Source: Trichoplax adhaerens | Taxonomy: Eukaryota; Animalia; Placozoa | Assembly: GCF_000150275.1 (NCBI RefSeq) | Contig: NW_002060949.1 | Location: 3,912,449-3,976,448 of the forward strand | Direction of reading: 5' to 3' | Length of the DNA stretch: 64,000 bases | In this document: one piece after another, positions 60,280 to 64,000 of the stretch | Layout of the letters: the number at the start of each line of letters is the position of its first letter | Numbering within the stretch: position 1 is the stretch's first letter | The notes under the pieces: generated by a model | What the model saw: only the letters and a program-made list of their open reading frames with translations | Told to the model about the DNA's origin: nothing | Database searches by the model: none | Made by a program: the position numbers and the translations under genes

Positions 60280-61197
60280 ACCGACAAGAAGATTGCTGTG
60301 ATAATCGATCTTCAATCTCAATGTTGTAGTTGATTTTCATTCTGTTCGCTTTCTTAATATCACAAAATGATGATCATGATTGATCATAGCCACTCTATAT
60401 TACCAATGCTTTAAAAATATGCATTTGATATAAATTCTATTGACATACGAATTTTGACACAAATTGAGCCTACGTTGCTAAGAAGTAATGCAAAATTAAT
60501 TCAATCTATCCAGTGATTGGATGATATGGGACTTGGTGTAACAACTACTCAGTAACAAGAGACAATTGCCATTCCATCTAACAAACCATACGAATATTAT
60601 ATTCTATAAATAAATTTATTATAACCAAGTTCATATGGTCATATATTCTGTTGACAACAGGATAATACATTGTGGTCCTCAATTCTAATACGTATGTTCT
60701 AACGCTGTGTGAACTTATGTGCTCATTTTGAGAGATATTGCTGTACGGTGTGCAGTGGAACAGCATTGCAACTCAAGACCCTTGACGAAAGATTGAAGTA
60801 TCGGCAACGAATGTGTTTACCTGTTTACCGTAATACTGCTTTATTAAACAAGTATGCAATCCGAATTTCAGTATTATACAGTACTGCACTATTTCTAGAT
60901 CATCTATATCATACATAGTACAATCGTCTGCAAACTTGCAAACGCTGTTGTTGTTATCGTCATCTGATTTAGCTGGATATTCTCGACAGTTTTCGATCAA
61001 ATTAAGTATCTTCAAAATAACAGACATTGTACATTATTGCGAATTACCAAAAACTCCATCATCTACTGGTCCAAACATTCTCTTATAAATTGAGCAATCC
61101 TTTTATATTTATTTAATTAATTTCATAAAAGGCAAACCACCCGCTTTACTGCACTTTGCTTTTGGATAGGGGAGTCTCTAGGTTACTCAACCTCATG
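60280..61197 (-). pseudogene. Possible decayed multi-exon gene of unknown family, divergent from ELOC
   Basis: Four or five exon-like blocks bounded by AG/GT with protein-like translations, each interrupted by in-frame stops (for example ...DGVFGNSQ*CTMSVILKIL...). Confidence 0.2.
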
Positions 61198-61249
61198 GGT
61201 GTAGAAGAGTGCACACTGTACAGTACTGTACATTCAAGCTTATGAAACA

Positions 61250-61436
61250 GTACGTAACACTTTAAGTTTGACCTAACCATGTACGTAACACTTGAAGTTT
61301 GACCTAACCATGTACGTAACACTTGAAGTTTGACCTAACCATGAACGTAACACTTGTAGTTTGACCTAACCATGAACGTAACACTTTTAGTTTGACCTAA
61401 CCATGAACGTAACACTTGTAGCTTGACCTAACCATG
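61250..61436. repeat. 31-bp minisatellite, about 6 copies
   Basis: Unit G(T/A)ACGTAACACTT(G/T)(A/T)AGTTTGACCTAACCAT. Confidence 0.95.
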
Positions 61437-61479
61437 CATTAACTACAGTCCAGTAGGCCACTACAAATAATATTCGTCT

Positions 61480-62000
61480 GACGCAACTGCACAGTGTACA
61501 GTGTACAGTACAGTAGCAGATTTTATACACAGCTCTTTGTACAGTACTGTACAGTACTGTAGTGTACTGAACGTACAGTACAGTAACCATGCAGTCGGTC
61601 ATACAGTACAGTATGATGTAATCTACAGTACAATCTGCAGACCCTAATAAAAGGACTTGTACTGTACTGTACATCTCTAGTATTTACTGTGTGTTACACT
61701 GTATTAATGAATAGTACAAGTCCCTGTTAGTAGCAACAAGGTAAAGGAAGATCACTCTGATAGGACTACTACATCTCTAGTATTTACTATGTGTTCTACT
61801 GTATTAATGTACTGTACAGTATAAGTCCCTGTTAGTAGCAACCAGATAAAAGAAAGAAAAGCACTCTGGTATCATCCAAACGCCTATTGCCATCCTGTTG
61901 ACTACAGTACTGTATAGTGTACAGTACATGAACGATAGTACTGTACACTGTAGCGTACAGTTGGTACAGTAGGGCGGTACTAGGGACGTACCGCTCTGGT
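61480..62000. promoter_or_regulatory. ELOC upstream region with dense (GTACW)n / TACWGTA arrays and a 100-bp duplication (61670-61841)
   Basis: Many TACAGTA/TACTGTA copies within about 600 bp of the ELOC ATG. Confidence 0.5.
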
Positions 62001-62092
62001 ACTAGACCAAATTGACGCAAGCGCAATCTCTCTTCAGCAGACGACGATAGCAACGACATAGCTGCTAAACAACCAGTTCTAAAGATTTCAAC

Positions 62093-63059
62093 ATGGCCGA
62101 AATTGATAAACGTTCGGAATCCAGTCTACAAATTGGTGGTTGTGAAGGACCTGAAGCTATGTACGTTAAGTTAATAGCGAATGATGGCCACGAATTTATT
62201 ATTAAGCGAGAGTTTGCCTTAACATCGGGAACAATTAAAGCGATGCTTAGCGGCCCAGGTAATAGAACAACAATCGGTTCAATGACATCTTGCTTAGCTT
62301 TAGACTTGCACTTTGTACGCTGTCAATCAGGCTATAACCTCTTGATTTATTTTATTTGCTTGTTGTTATTGTTGATTATATTCGTCGTCTCATCCACTTT
62401 ACCATTCAATATTGAGAAATGTAGTTGCTCTAATTCTTCCTTGACTTTCGTCGTCATGTTGCCAAGTCATGATGAAAGTTAATTGAATCCGATTTGAATT
62501 TGTTTTTAGGCCAATTTAGTGAAAATGAAACAAATGAAATTCGATTTCGTGATATACCGTAAGTGTTGTGCATGTCTTGTCTATGAAAGTGAAATTTAAA
62601 TCGTTGTTGACAGCACCCATGTTCAATCATCTTGTCAAAATGATACCATTAATTCGGGATCAGATTGTAGAATTATCATTGGCGTAGTCTTATAAATACA
62701 GTTATTGACAACGGATAAGTAAAACTAGTTACCGACTTCCAGTATGTACAGCATGTTGCTATTTTACTCAAGTTTACAACGTTAGAAACTCTCTGTTCAA
62801 TTTAAATTCTATCACAGTCAACAAGTAAAAAGGATACATGTTGCAATCTTAGTCGGCAATGCTTTACTATCTCATTTACTTCCTTTCTAATTGTCACTTT
62901 CAACTCATTTTCTGTAGATCTCATGTCTTAAGTAAAGTATGCACCTACTTTACTTATAAGGTCAAGTATACCAACAGCGGAAATGAAATTCCGGAATTTG
63001 TTATCCAACCTGAGATAGCACTAGAACTACTCATGGCTGCCAATTTTCTCGATTGTTAG
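62093..63059 (+). CDS. ELOC: Elongin C (TCEB1)
   Basis: Exons 62093-62258, 62510-62558 and 62918-63059 read [42 protein letters not shown]|[16 protein letters not shown]|[19 protein letters not shown]...[13 protein letters not shown]. Confidence 0.98.
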
Positions 63060-64000
63060 AATCTGTGTCAAATAGAATGTATTTGTAATATGAAATTGAG
63101 TCACTTATCGTGACGGATTCAACTATTCAACTTTTCTACACTGTACTTTTACTTGCACTCATAATTTCCATGTTGTTCTAAGACCATCATATTTAGATTG
63201 TTTGATGTCTTTGCAAAATTTAATATGACTCCGGTTTTTACCAGACTTTTATTAAGTTCACTTTACAAGTATTTATCTTTGTAAGAGAATAGCTATTCTG
63301 CACGTAACAAAATTATCATCTCCTGTTATTATAATGTGATTGATATGAAAGAATTTGCTAGCAAGTTTTTCGAAAGGATTGTTGCAAATCAAATAGGATA
63401 ACTAGTTGACTTACTGCAGTGTAAGCATATGGCTGATATTACTTTATACATTTACTTGCTGTCTTTCCTTTCGATATTAATGTTATGATAGATAATCAAA
63501 TATGTTATTAACGCATTTTGCCTATTTTGAGATGTTACATATACTACGCCATGGAATTAAGTCAATACTTTTAGTACGCGTCATATATTGCTACAGATTG
63601 TGTAGTAGTCATATTCTTGTCGTCATCATGCTATAGCTCTAAATGTGCCAATAGAATACTCTTATCTTGCGATTTTGCTTGCTATTTCAATGATCGCAAT
63701 CATTGCAAATGTCAATCTGTCTTATAGACACGATAGTTTCTTCATCAAATTTTTATGTGATAACCCTAACTAAATTACAAAATAATATTTACGAACTACA
63801 GATAAAGTAAAATGCGATGTAACCATCCTTAATTCTTTGTTAACCGTTTATGAACTACGTACAGTATAACACCGATGATACAACCGGAGTCCTATTTTAT
63901 GTGGGTTACACACTTGCCTGTATCAAATAGAACAAAATCAATAGTTAATGCTACTGTATTTGTATTTGCGATTAGATTGCTCTCGATACTGTATTAGGTG

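Noticed and set aside
61250-61436. 31-bp repeats as a CRISPR array or telomeric repeat
   Set aside because: The units are directly adjacent with no unique spacers, there are no cas genes and the context is eukaryotic. CCTAACC is only part of the unit.

Overview
AT-rich (roughly one-third GC by eye) eukaryotic genomic DNA with compact GT-AG introns and a metazoan gene set. The style suggests a placozoan such as Trichoplax, but that is inference only. Six intact multi-exon genes are supported: a tandem-duplicated acyl-ACP/acyl-CoA thioesterase-like (hotdog-fold) gene (-), DDX54/DBP10 (-), a SKOR/Corl/fussel Ski-family co-repressor (-), an SRSF3/7-family SR protein (-), focal adhesion kinase (+) and Elongin C (+). 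The window also holds the 3' end of an unidentified gene at its start. The 9.8-32 kb interval holds two degenerate GPR158-like class C GPCR loci among local tandem repeats; the second keeps open 3' exons ending in a TPR-like module. The most notable non-coding signals are a candidate SRSF3-type poison exon, a strand-specific structured RNA in the presumed first intron of that gene, a 5S-like structured element with an oligo-T tail, a U12-type intron in DDX54, and (GTACW)n arrays upstream of the housekeeping genes. Exon boundaries were derived by hand from splice signals and reading-frame phase, with no database searches.
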